A stretch of DNA of 64,000 nucleotides. Origin: Eledone cirrhosa (Eukaryota). The notes under the pieces were generated by a model that searched no databases, had not been told where the DNA came from, and saw only the letters and a program-made list of their open reading frames with translations. Location: contig OZ024747.1 in the NCBI GenBank assembly GCA_964016885.1, forward strand, positions 71,858,001 through 71,922,000, in the 5' to 3' direction. This document shows, piece by piece, positions 26,383 to 40,075 of the stretch (positions within the stretch are counted from its first letter, which is position 1; every line of letters starts with the position of its first letter). The position numbers and the translations under genes were made by a program.

Positions 26383-27311
26383 CATACATACATACATACA
26401 TACATACATACACACATACACACATACATACACACATACACACATACACACATACATACATACATACATACATACATACATACATACATACATACATACA
26501 TACACACATACACACATACATGTATACACACATACACACATACATACACACATACATACATACATACATACATACATACATACATACATACATACACACA
26601 TACATGTATACACACATACATACATACACACATACACACATACATACATACACACATACATACACACATACATACACACATACATACACACATACATACA
26701 TACACACATACATACATACACACATACATACATACACACATACATGTATACACACATACATACATACATACATACATACATACATACATACATACATACA
26801 TACACACACACATACATACACACATACATACATACATACATACACACATACATACATACATACATACATACATACATACATACATACATGTATACACACA
26901 TACATACATACATACACACATACATACATACATACATACACACATACATACACACATACATACATACATACATACACACATACATGTATACACACATACA
27001 TACATACATACACACATACATACATACACACATACATGTATACACACATACATACATACATACATACATACATACATACATACATACATACACACATACA
27101 TACACACATACATACATACATACACACATAAATACATACATACATACATACATACATGTATACACACATACATACATACATGCATACATACATACATACA
27201 TACACACATACATACATACATACATACATACATACATACATACATACATACATACATACATACATACATACATACATACATACATACATGCATACATATA
27301 TACATACATAC
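26383..27311 (+). repeat. (CATA)n spacer 1 duplicate
   Basis: Offset +5029 from spacer 1. Confidence 0.95.
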
Positions 27312-27954
27312 ATGTAAGCCGATCGAGGATGTAAGCCACATTGTTGCCAGCTGCGAAAGAATGTCATCTCGCTACTACCTCCCCATGAGACACGATGGGA
27401 TAGCTAGAACTATCTGGAACGCACTTCGGAAAACAAAATTAACAACAAACGAGGAAGAATATATTGAGACAGATGGCACTAAGGAATACTGGTGGAACCT
27501 GAAAATAAAAACTGCCACCAAATTAAAGCACAACCGGCCTGATATTGTAGTTTGGGACCACACATTGAAAACGTGTTCTGTTGTGGAGATCAGCTGCCCA
27601 CTTGATGTAAACGTTGTCAGAAAAATACAGGAGAAGGAGGACATCTACGGACCATTGATGAGGAGCTTACAAATCCAGTATCCAAGATACACCTTTAGCT
27701 TCATACCCATCATTATTGGTGCTACGGGTTATATACCAACCCGCTTGGACCAAAGTATGACCGAACTTGGATTTGCGGACAAAAAACGCAGCTCCCTAAT
27801 TCATAGTCTACAAATGGCTGCGATAGCTGGCACCTTCAAAATATGCAAAACATTCTTGCGATTCAAGGGATGACAATTTCTTTTCTTTTACAACCTTGCC
27901 ACCAGGAAGGTGGCCGGTCAAAAAAATATACTCGAAATTAAGAGAAAGAGAAAA
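27312..27954 (+). mobile_element. R4/Dong-like copy D (duplicate of copy B)
   Basis: Same 5' junction and the same private SNP (aaaaaacgc) as copy B. Confidence 0.92.
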
Positions 27955-28296
27955 CATATACACACATACATGTATACACACATACATACATACATACATG
28001 CATACATACATACATACATACATACATACATACATACATACATACATGCATACATACATACATACATACACACACACATACATACATACATACATACATA
28101 CATACATGCATGCATACATACATACATACATACATACATACATACATACATACATACATACATACATACATACATACATACATGTATACACACATACATA
28201 CATACATGCATACATACATACATACATACATACATACATACATACATACATACATACATACATACATACATACATACATACATACATACATACATA
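27955..28296 (+). repeat. (CATA)n spacer 2 duplicate
   Basis: Offset +5029 from spacer 2. Confidence 0.95.
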
Positions 28297-31200
28297 ACTT
28301 GTGGGCTCCCTACAAGTGATATGGAATGATATGTTTCAAGAGATACACAGCCTTAATGTGAGTGACAGACCATACAACACTAGAGTCAGTAAAGAACCCA
28401 CTAAATTGGAATTGGAAGCGGTGAACGAAATAGCTGGCAATTATCTGAAGGCTATACGATCTAAAAGTGTAGAAACGACATTTGAAACGCTTAATGTTTT
28501 GTTATATGTTTCAGCTGTCACATTGCTAGCATATAACACACATCTAAAACCACGCAATCAAGATACAAACAGAAAGCCTGAACCAGCGTGGATGCGAAAT
28601 TTAAAAACCAAAATTTTGTCCCTGAGACGAAGTATCTCACACATCGCAGTCGTTATGAAATGCAACATAGAGAGTAACTTCACACAACACCAGGAAGACC
28701 TAAAGAAAATGTTAGAGAGAAGATTTGGAGATACAAAATTTAAAACTTTGAACTCCAAATTACACCAGTTGAAACAACAACTCACAGCTACAACAGAAAG
28801 ACTAAAATATAAGTCAACAGCACATAAACGACAAGTGCTAAATAGATTGTTTGCCAGAGATCCTAAATCAGTTTATCGCAGCTTCGGTGGCAAAAGCTCA
28901 ATCTCTGTAAATGACACCCCTTCAAAAGAACAGGTTGAGAGCTACTGGAGATCTGTATGGGAAACGGATGACGGATTCAACAGACAAGCTAATTGGCTAA
29001 AAGAACTGGAACAGGACTACTGCCAACATGTCCAGACAAAACAATATGACATAGATGGGTCAATACTGGAAACAGCTCTACAGAAAATGTCGAATAGGAA
29101 ATCGCCAGGCCCAGACCTCATTACAGGATACTGGTTGAAGAATTTCACTTTCTATCGGCAAGATCTCATACGGCTGTTTACAGAAACCATTAAGGGCACA
29201 CAAGAACTGCCCAGATGGTTATCAACTGCCTCTACTCTCCTCATTCCCAAAAATAGCCAAACCACCCTTGCTAAAAATTACCGCCCAATTGCCTGCCAAA
29301 ACATCATGTATAAATTATATACTGGGTGCCTTAACCTGTTCTTACAGGATCACTGTGCTACCAACAACATCATAACACCTGAGCAAGCTGGTGGAAAGAG
29401 GGAGGTGTGGGGTTGCATAGATCACCTACTAACTAACAAAATGATTCAGGAAAAAACAACAAAGAATCGCAGAAACATGACTGTCGTGTGGCTGGACTAT
29501 CAAAAAGCATTTGATAGTGTACCTCATGGGTGGATTGTTAAGGCTTTACAGTTAGCTAAAGTCCCACAACCATTGGTAGCTGCTGTTGAACGCCTGACCA
29601 AGAACTGGTACACCAGTTTGATCCTTAGAGGTGAGAAGGAGCAGGTTAAGACTGATAAGATACATTACCAGAAGGGCATCTTTCAGGGTGATAGCTTGTC
29701 AGTGCTACTCTTCGTTCTCTCACTGAATCCACTATCTTACCTACTCAGGAAACAAGGTCGACAAAGAAGTGGGACCAGAAGTATCTCCCATCTTTTCTTT
29801 GTTGATGACCTGAAGTTGTATGGGCCAAATATCAATGACATCAAGAAACAATTGGACCTCATTACACAATTTTCAACCGACATCAAAATGAAATTTGGTG
29901 AGTCCAAGTGTGCATATTTGGCAGTAAAACGTGGAAGAGCTGTGCCCTCCTCTAGAAATCTAGAGATGAACGGCCTGACAATACAACCTCTGCAGTCAGG
30001 TGACAACTACAGATATCTTGGACAGGATGAGAATGTCAGATATGATGGACCCATAAATAAGGAGAGAACCAGAACTGAATACCTCAGAAGAGTAAAGAAA
30101 ATATGGTCATCAGAACTGTCAGCATACAACAAATACATTGCCCACAATACTTATGCTGTGCCAATTCTAACGCCAACATTTGGCCTACTGAACTGGTCAT
30201 TGCAAGAACTAAGTGAGATGGATGTTAGAACTCGAAAACTTCTCAGTGTTACTGGGAACTTTAACATCAATGGTGATGTGGATAGGCTATACTTCTCACG
30301 CAAGGAAGGTGGCCGGGGTCTAAAATCAATATTAACAACATATGAGACCCGGATAGTGACACTGAAGCAACACCTTCAACAGAGGAAAAAGGTTGGCAAC
30401 CATCTTGCCCAGGTTTATGACCATGAAAAAAGAAATATCATTAGAATAGCGACTGATCTGGAGGAGAGATATGGAATAAAGCCCGATATAAATCTCTCAC
30501 CCAGAGAAATCGGAAGATCCTATTCAATGTTCAAACAAGAAAAAAAAATTGACCAATTTACAGAAAAAGTTGTGCATGGATACTTGAGGCGTAAAACACA
30601 GACCATAGAGGGGATAAACCACTCAAAAAGCCTGGCATGGAGTTCCGACAAGTTTATGACATCACACCTTGAGGGATATCTCTATGCAATACAGGAACAA
30701 GAACTCCCTACCAAATATCTGCTGCACAAAAGAGGAGGGCCAGCAGCTGACAATAAATGTAGGCTATGTAAAACAAAGATCGAGGATGTAAGCCACATTG
30801 TTGCCAGCTGCGAAAGAATGTCATCTCGCTACTACCTCCCCATGAGACACGATGGGATAGCTAGAACCATCTGGAACGCACTTCGGAAAACAAAATCAAC
30901 AACAAACGAGGAAGAATATATTGAGACAGATGGCACTAAGGAATACTGGTGGAACCTGAAAATAAAAACTGCCACCAAATTAATGCACAACCGGCCTGAT
31001 ATTGTAGTTTGGGACCACACATTGAAAACGTGTTCTGTTGTGGAGATCAGCTGCCCACTTGATGTAAACGTTGTCAGAAACATACAGGAGAAGGAGGACA
31101 TTGATGAGGAGTTTACAAATCCAGTATCCAAGATACACCTTTAGCTTCATACCCATCATTATTGGTGCTACGGGTTATATACCAACCCGCTTGGACCAAA

Positions 31201-31399
31201 GTATGACTGAACTTGGATTTGCGGACAAAAAGCGCAGCTCCCTAATTCATAGTCTACAAATGGCTGCGATAGCTGGCACCTTCAAAATTTGCAAAACATT
31301 CTTGCGATTCAAGGGATGACAATTTCTTTTCTTTTACAACCTTGCCACCAGGAAGGTGGCCGGTCAAAAAATATACTCAAAATTAAGAGAAAGAGAAAA
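28297..31399 (+). mobile_element. R4/Dong-like copy E (long copy, frameshifted in RLE)
   Basis: Same 5' end as copy C. An 11-bp deletion (ctacggaccat) at ~31101 splits the ORF into 28301-31144 and 31071-31319. Confidence 0.92.
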
Positions 31400-31881
31400 C
31401 ATACATACATACATACATACATACATACATACATACATACATACATACATACCATACATACACACATACATACATACACACATACACACATACATACATA
31501 CATACATACATACATACATACATACATACATACATAGATGCATACACACATACATACATACATACATACATACATACATACATACATACATGCATACACA
31601 CACACATACATACATACATACATACATACAGGCATACACACATACATACATACATACATACATACAAACATACACACATACATACATACATACATACATA
31701 CATACAGGCATACACACATACATACATACATACATACATACATACATACATACATACATACATACATGCGTACATACATACATGCACACATACATACATA
31801 CATACATACATACATACATACATACATACATACATACATACATACATACGTACGTGCGTACATATATACATACATGCATAC

Positions 31882-31912
<31 letters not shown>

Positions 31913-32050
31913 CATATGTACGTACGTACACACATACATATATATACATACATGTAAACATATACACACACATTCACGCATACATACACATACATACGTA
32001 CATACGTACATACAAACATATATACATATATACATACGCACACGCACACA
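31400..32050 (+). repeat. (CATA)n microsatellite downstream of the array, degenerating distally
   Basis: Directly visible. Confidence 0.95.
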
Positions 32051-32314
32051 TGGTGAGGATGGTGCAGGGTGGTATGGGTGATTGTATCCAGCCCATTATA
32101 GAACTATTACTCCTGATCCTACTGTAAATCGAAGTCGATCATGTAGAGGATCAGAACTACTTACTCTAATGTCCAACCTATATACATAATATAGCGAAGA
32201 AGTTCGGAATACTCAGCCACTTGCACGTTAATTTCACTAGCAGGCTGTCCCGTTGATAAAATCTATTAGAACACTCGTCGTCAGAACCGAGAGAGGTCCA
32301 ACGCGCGCGCGTCT

Positions 32315-32316
32315 GT

Positions 32317-32393
<77 letters not shown>

Positions 32394-32480
32394 TGTGTGT
32401 ATCTGTGTGTCTGTGTGTCGGTGCGTCTGTGTGTATCTGTGTGTGTGTTTCTGTGTGTCTGTATGTATCTGTATGTCTTT

Positions 32481-32526
<46 letters not shown>
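32315..32526. repeat. (TG)n compound microsatellite
   Basis: Directly visible. Confidence 0.95.
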
Positions 32527-32530
<4 letters not shown>

Positions 32531-32701
32531 TAGACATACATACGATGACGAACATAAAAAGGTAAATTGTTGAGTAAAAATACTCTCTAAATTTGGGAGA
32601 GGGGAACTACGTGATTTCTGGAGACGCTGTGTCTGTGGAATACATTTCTGCACCTCGCCATTCCTAATATTCAAGATTTGAAAGACAAATCCATGACGAC
32701 G

Positions 32702-32743
<42 letters not shown>

Positions 32744-33618
32744 CCAGCAGCAGCAGCAGCAGCAGCAACAATAATAATAATAATGATTTCTTTTTTATTT
32801 ATAATAATAATATTTCCTTTTCTTGCTGCTGTCTTCACAATGTTTGAAATTTGTTTTATGTATTGTCTTGTTTGTTTTTGGTTTTTTCTCTTATTGTTTT
32901 CTCTTTTTTCCTTTTCAACTCTTCTCTTTCACTGTTCTTTATTACGACGATTTCTAAATTTAAAACCGAAAGGGAGAATATTGGCTTTGAATTCTATTTG
33001 TAACAAGTAGCTGAAAGATTTTTCTGGGGAAAACTTAATTCACTTCAAAACTCCTTTGGAATTTTCAACTTACAATGAGCGGAAAAATTCCCATGCTTCG
33101 TCATAGAAATGAGAGAACAGATTTATGAATGCTAGAAGGAAAAAATCATGAATTTATAGGAGAGAATGAGCATAGGAATCAGCGGCGGCTTGGCTAATCA
33201 TAATAAAGATAGTTAATCGTTAGATTAGTAAACAAAGCTGAGGAAGAATAAGGAAAAGAAAGATGATGATAGGTAAATTAAGTGATATATAAACTATTCT
33301 ATCCATCCCATTCTTACTACCTTGCCTCCTGAGAGAACTAAAAAGAACTAGATAATGCAATAGAAAAATACCTATCCAAAATGGCGTAGATTTTAAATTA
33401 AATACTGGATCGATTGCTTTATTTGAAAATACGTTTTCGTTTTCTTTGCTAAGCGGAGAAAGCAGAAGAAAAGAAAATACAAAAATCTGCCAAGCCTGAA
33501 AAGAAACTACTCCATAACAACATTATTATTTTAAATTTAAAATGCAATTTAGAACTGTTAAGAATTTTGAAAACATATAAACTGATCATACAACTCATCT
33601 GGTTGGAGAGGGAAACAT

Positions 33619-33690
<72 letters not shown>

Positions 33691-34659
33691 TTTGCCGATT
33701 CTAAGTGAGTGGGAGGGATTGGATGAATTTTGACAACGTCAGCACTTCTGATAATGGCTTGTTTTTGTTGTTGAAAACTAATGTATTTTCATCTCTCAGT
33801 ATTTACAAGTGAACTTCAAACACTTCAAATTCAATGTTTCCAAGATGAATTTCATCATTTATATTGATTTTAAACATTACCACAAACCACACGTTTTTGG
33901 AGGGTGGGGGACAATCAATTACCACACGGATACTTATTTAATCGATTTCATCAGGATTAGAATTCATAACATAAAGGGGCGTGACTAAATATCGATTTCA
34001 AATAAGGCCACAGATTTGGGGAGGAGAGTTGATTGAACAAAACCCAGTACTTGGATGGTGTTTATTTTATTGACTTTAGAAAGACGAGAGGTATGGCTGA
34101 CCTCGGCGAGATTTGAACGCAAGTGTCGTAACGGGAGACCACCATGCATTTCGTTTATCCCTTTACTACTTCTGCATCAAATGTTCGTGAAGGTGCTTCG
34201 TTATTCCAACGTCTTAGCCACACTATCATCCGCGGCAAAACCGTCAGTGTGTTGGCTTACCTCAAACTTTATTAGAGAGAAACTCCACTGGCCCTTGTTG
34301 TGGCTTATAGTTAAGCGTATGTTTTCTCCTGCTTATTTCTTTGGGTTTTTTCCTTTTTTTTTCTTTCTTAGGTTATTTTCTAACAGCAAATTGTTAATCT
34401 TCTATTTTTTGAAAAATAATTTAAAATTTACTATAACTTATTAAAGACAGTTATTTTTTTATATCTCCAATGTAAAAATATATCATGTAAATACAATTTG
34501 ATAGAAAAAGAAAAAAAACATTAGATTGGGAAGAAGGAATGGAATGTAAAATAAGAAAATATTTGAAAAAAACGGAAAAGGAAGGGAAAAGCAAGGGTTC
34601 TAGTGTCACAGAAGAATAAGGAGGGGTGGGAGGGGCATTGGGCTCTAAGCCTAGGGCGC

Positions 34660-34872
34660 TGTGGTAATGGAGCTGCGCCCCGTGGACAAGATCGCAAAAG
34701 CATTCCCGAGGATAATGGTCACCAACACCCGCTGCAACAGCCACCCCACCTTGCGGGGCTCCTTTCTCAGACGGGCCGCCGACGTTCCGATCTTGCGGAG
34801 GAGCTCGGCAGTACGGGGTTCAAGTACGCCTGTGGTCTTGATGGCGACCAGTGCGAAGAGGAAGCGATCTGA
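34660..34872 (-). mobile_element. CRE-like RLE non-LTR retrotransposon C-terminal fragment
   Basis: Minus translation DRFLFALVAIKTTGVLEPRTAELLRKIG...WLLQRVLVTIILGNAFAIL resembles the 'F.P.A.ET.G...QR.S..I.RGNA..IL' C-terminus of CRE-type elements. Confidence 0.6.
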
Positions 34873-36449
34873 TGATTTATATAAATAGAAAAAGTAGCAA
34901 ACAAAATCCCACCAACTGTAAAATTAAAAATATAACTAAGCTGCAACAATGTTACAGAATTCCTACTGCCTATTTATTCGAAAACATAAAAAAAAACAAA
35001 TAAAAAGGTATGACACTATTTCATTTATAATGGATATTTTAAAAAGAAAATAAATTCGCCATCATCAACACTCTATGGTTGCTACATAGATTGCAACACT
35101 GCATCTCATATAACTGACCACTGCAGGGTGAAATCCCGTGGTGTAACAAGTATGAGAGAGAGTGTGGCAGTTTGAAGTTAGGGTGCCGCATTGTGGAGCT
35201 AGGGTGGCACACTATGGAACTAGGGAGCTTCAGTGACACAGTATGGAAATATGGAGCTACGGTGAACCCCTACGACGAGTTCAGTTACCAGGAGCACAGA
35301 ACGAAATGGGCGGTCAATGCCTAGTCAAACTCACTTGCCAGATATAAAAAATTACGAAGTTATCTCTCTTAATAAATATGTAATAAACAGATTTTCTGAC
35401 AAAATAAGTGCGATGTTTAATTAAACACATGTTTATGTACATTACTGTGTCATTAAAAATAAAAGTTCTAACAGCTTGGAGTTGGAAACGACAGATGTAA
35501 ATTGAAGTGACAAACGACGAAGAGATCTGAGAAGCAGACGACAAACTGAGGCAGTGTGGGAGTGGGAGTAAGTATCACATGACCTAAAGAGCAACAGACA
35601 TGAATATTGTACGTAAAAATGTTCAAATAAATGAATGAAAGAAAAATGCTGAACAAGAAAAGTATCGGAGAATAGCGCCGGTAAACATTTTATACATATT
35701 TTATATTTGTTTTCTCTTTCAGTAACAATGGATTAATGTAAAGATAAAAACATTCTAGATAGCTTATATACCATCCCTAAACAAGCATCTCTGTTTACAA
35801 GCATATATGTTTACAACACTGAACCATAAATTCAGTGAAACAAATATCAGTCTATAGTATGTGGAAAGTTTCCCAGTTAATTGCTTCACGAAACTACAAA
35901 GGGGAGAAAAGTGAGCAAAAAAATAAAACAAGTAAATTTAGCACGATGAAAGAAAAAGAACGGCAAAGTTCGAGTGAGGCAGCAGCTGCAAGAACTGTAG
36001 ATGCCCAACGCAAGAAACGGTCTTTGTTGCAAGAAAATGACTATAGAGACCAGAAGAAACGAGTGTTTCAGAAAATATCTGAAAAAACTTAGTGCATTGC
36101 AAGTGCTAGGAAAGAAAATGAGAGAGAGAGAGGTGCAACAAATAAACAATTATCATCAGAAGAAATAGGAGAAAAAAATAGATAGAGATAGAATTATAGA
36201 AAGAAAGGAAAAATTCATGACAAGACGAAAACGAAGGAAAAAAGAATAGAAAGGGAGAAAATTGTAGGCAATGGAGTGGATCAAACTGCTCCACTACATT
36301 TACAAAATAATAATAAAAATATGAGACAATTCAGAGTAAGATCTATATTTCTTATAGTGAACAGCTTAACATATAATGAAACCAAAATTCAACCTCATAA
36401 CAGTGAAGGAATGAATGATGTTTGCCAGTTCTGCTAAACACTGAAATAT

Positions 36450-38200
36450 TTATCAGAAGAACAACTTCAAAAGGCATAAGCATCTGCATTCAGCCGTTCC
36501 CAATAACAGAAATTAGAAAGCAAAATAAAGTAGATAATGTTATACATCAAGACAGTGAACATCAAACATAAAATTGGTAAATGAAGAAATAGAAATTATT
36601 TGTCAGTTTTATTAGACCTTTTTAAAACGTTTTACCGGAACATTCCACTGATATGACATAAGAACTGTTGTTATGAAGCTGAAGTTTTGATATAGCATCA
36701 TCGGGATTTCTCTGATTGAAAAATTCAGTTCTTTACTTTGTTTTCATCTATGGATGCATAGATTGCGAGCTGAGCTAGATATGATCCTTATTGTCTCAGA
36801 GTATTTATCACTGTCTATCTAAGCTCCCTAAATGAGTTATTGAGAAAACCGAAACATAAGACTATCGAAACTTCAATGGCAACATTTGATTGTATAATTC
36901 AGTTCTTTACTTTGTTTGCATAGATTGCTGGCCGAGCTAAACATGATCCTTATTGTTTCAGGGTGTCTACCACTGTCTCTCTAACAAGCTCCCTAATGGT
37001 AATGAACAACAATAGTTTACACAGCTCTATGTAGTAAATTCCGGAGAAGTAAATAACTCTAGAATAAATAACATATAATCACAGTTGTCTAAATGAAATT
37101 ATTCAGAATATTGACAATTTCCTAAAAGAAAATAATATATACACGAAAGTGTATAAAATATGAAGAGAAATGAAGCGTAAGGAAGAAGAAAACATTATGA
37201 TAGAGAATAGGTGTTTACTTATCATGTATATGGCATTTAGGATAGAAGCCCATACAACATACCAACAGTAAAAGAAGGAGCCATGATATTTACAAATAAA
37301 GATGGAGATCCGCCATTCGATATATGTTTCCATGTTTCTCCGCAATGATGATGGTCCTGTTACTAATTTAAATATATTTAGTTCAAACTTACACACAATG
37401 ACATATACTTTATTATACTCAGTTGGGGAACCTGGTCGGCAGTAAATATACAAATAAAGAAGGAAATGAATAGGTTCCATGTAACAAAATTATGTTACAA
37501 TATAAGTCTGGCAACATTTCAATCTAATTTTGCATGTTAGAAAAATGTTGCATTAATAGGCTGTAGATTCTTACCTACAGTAACGAAAGTTTAAAGTTGA
37601 ACAGTATAAAGAATGAGCTTCATACGTGGGAAATCAGACGGAAATCAGACACTTCTTCCATTTTCAACAACTGGAATAGACTCTGGTCTGCGTAAGGGAG
37701 GACGACTTGTGCACAGTGGCTTTAAACAGTTCCATCTTTTGAATCACATCAACTACATAATGCATCTCTTAATATCATAGATGAAGCCTCTGCTGAATAT
37801 CATTGACCATCTTCTGAAAGTGATTATCCAGAATGGTCATCATTTCGCCAAACAGCTTCAATGTTCCGACATACAAAAATTAAGCATCAAGAGTTCTCCA
37901 TGAAAACTCCTGGACAAGAAAACTTTAACAGTTGAATCATGAGCATTGATGATGGGAGTTTAATTAACAATGCTATATTAACAATATAAATATTGTAAAC
38001 AACATTTATGGAGAGGCAATCAATATCTATTGATAAGCAAATTGCTGAGTTAACCACAGGCATTATACTGACTGCATAAAATAAAGATACATAGAAACTT
38101 AACAATGACATTCTGCAGTTCATACCTGTACAAAAGAACATAAAAGTAATGATTTTACTATTGATGATGATGATCAAAGTTTTCCTATGCAATTCTTAAA
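36450..38200 (-). mobile_element. Degenerate AcademX-like remnant
   Basis: Frameshifted minus-strand pieces (IYIVNIALLIK, GSFH, LKLFGEMM, SLFQLLK) in the order expected for the Academ DDE core. Weak. Confidence 0.3.
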
Positions 38201-39191
38201 TACATCTTAAATGCAACCTCATATTTTGAAAGTCAAAGTTTGCTGTATTGCATAACATCAATCCATTAACAAAACTCATACTCGTTTTCTTCATGCAGTA
38301 ATATTTACTGACAGCAATAAAGTAGAAAATGTTTTAATTTTATGTATGGTTTTGGTACTTAACGAGACAGCCTATGTTTTCAGCTTAATAGTAGGCTGAT
38401 ACCAGTCTATGTATCAGTCAGAATCTGCGTTTGGTCATGGGCAGTTATATGTATCTCTTCTTTTTTCTTATTTTTAGTCACGTAACTCCTGGTGGAGTCG
38501 TAGGGACGCCGTAGTGACATACGGCGTTTCTTGAGCATTTTAAACCTGGCGGAACCCATCTCCCTCCAGGTCTGAACACAGCAGATTTCTTCCAGGGAAG
38601 GATAGAAAGTGAGAGAGAGAGAAAATGAGAAAGAGACATAGCAGAAGAATCGAACCCAGTACTAAACTGATATTTTTTTTATCAACCTCGAAAGGATGAA
38701 AGGCAAGGTTGAATTCAACTGACCTTAGAGAGCCGGAACGAATACCGCAAAGCATTCTATCCGGCGTTCTAACGACTCTGCCAATTTGCCGCCTCCATAT
38801 GTATCTCTTCAAGAGCACCTGAAAGTACAGATCTCATAAGACACTCAAGTATGAACACCTAGATATATATATATATATATACAATGTAATATATGTTATC
38901 ACTTCATACAACACCATGTAATATTCAATGTTATCTGACATGACATCACATCAAACACTGTATCATACGGTACAATGAAAAATAATACAACCTAAAGCAG
39001 TACTACATAACAATGCAACTCTATGTAAAATGATATAACAGGTCACTACACAGCATAATATCATACAGAGTATTCAATAATTTTAACATGGCATATACCA
39101 ATATAACTTAATGTTATGATTAAAGGAAACATTTAAAATAAAAAAATTTAAATAATATATGTATATACTCATATATATATATATATATATA

Positions 39192-39377
39192 ACGAAGGAA
39201 ATGTGGTAAGGAACCAGATGGACCATAACGCACCAAAGTACTCAATACTTAGGGTAGTAGAGTGGGTAATAGGAACGAGTAGGACCCCGACGGCTGAGCT
39301 CAAGCCGTTTCGACGGCTAATTCTGGACTTAGCCGTCGAAACGGCTTGAGCTCAGCCGTCGGGGTCCTACTCGTTCC

Positions 39378-39379
<2 letters not shown>
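39192..39379. mobile_element. TA-embedded element with a 51-bp perfect fold-back (possibly Penelope-like terminus)
   Basis: Arms 39270-39320 and 39329-39379, 8-nt loop; (TA)n on both sides; reverse-oriented copy at 57945-58148. Confidence 0.75.
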
Positions 39380-39409
<30 letters not shown>

Positions 39410-39570
39410 TACACATATATACACACAAAACATTATATATATATGTGTGTGTATGTATTTATCTATATATCTATATAAATATATATAGAGAGAGAGAGTG
39501 AGATGGATAGACAGTGAGAAATAGGTGATGTTCGTCCACTCAAGTCAAATAATATAATAATTTAAATAAC

Positions 39571-39757
39571 TGTTTCTACTTTTGGCACAAGGCCAGCAAT
39601 TAATCCAGTGTATTACTGGTACTTTATTTTATCGACCCCGTAAGGATGAAAGGCAAAGTTAACCTCGGCAGTATTTGAACTCAGAATGGCAAGGGCCGTA
39701 ACTCTATGCGTCAAAGCATGGCGTCCGACCCTCTACCGATACTGCCAATCCACCGCC
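39571..39757 (-). mobile_element. SINE with ~16-bp TSD (taataatttaaataac)
   Basis: Reverse complement of 11633-11822; TSD visible on both sides. Confidence 0.85.
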
Positions 39758-39976
39758 TAATAATAATAATTTAAATAACAATGACAAAAATGCATAAAAA
39801 GATATATTCAAATATTGTATACATTGTATACATTGTATATATTGTATATATTGTACATATTGTATACAGTTTATCCTTAAGTTAATATTATTATATACAA
39901 TTTTCCAATATCATATTGGAAAAACTGTATGTAATAAAAATATTGAATATTGCGTGCACTTTTGTCTTTACTTTAA

Positions 39977-40030
<54 letters not shown>

Positions 40031-40039
40031 ACATATATA

Positions 40040-40075
<36 letters not shown>

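Noticed and set aside
19003-32050. Telomeric retrotransposon array (HeT-A/TART or SART/TRAS-like)
   Set aside because: The array is interstitial with unique flanks on both sides, and the repeat is CATA rather than a TTAGG/TTAGGG telomere repeat.
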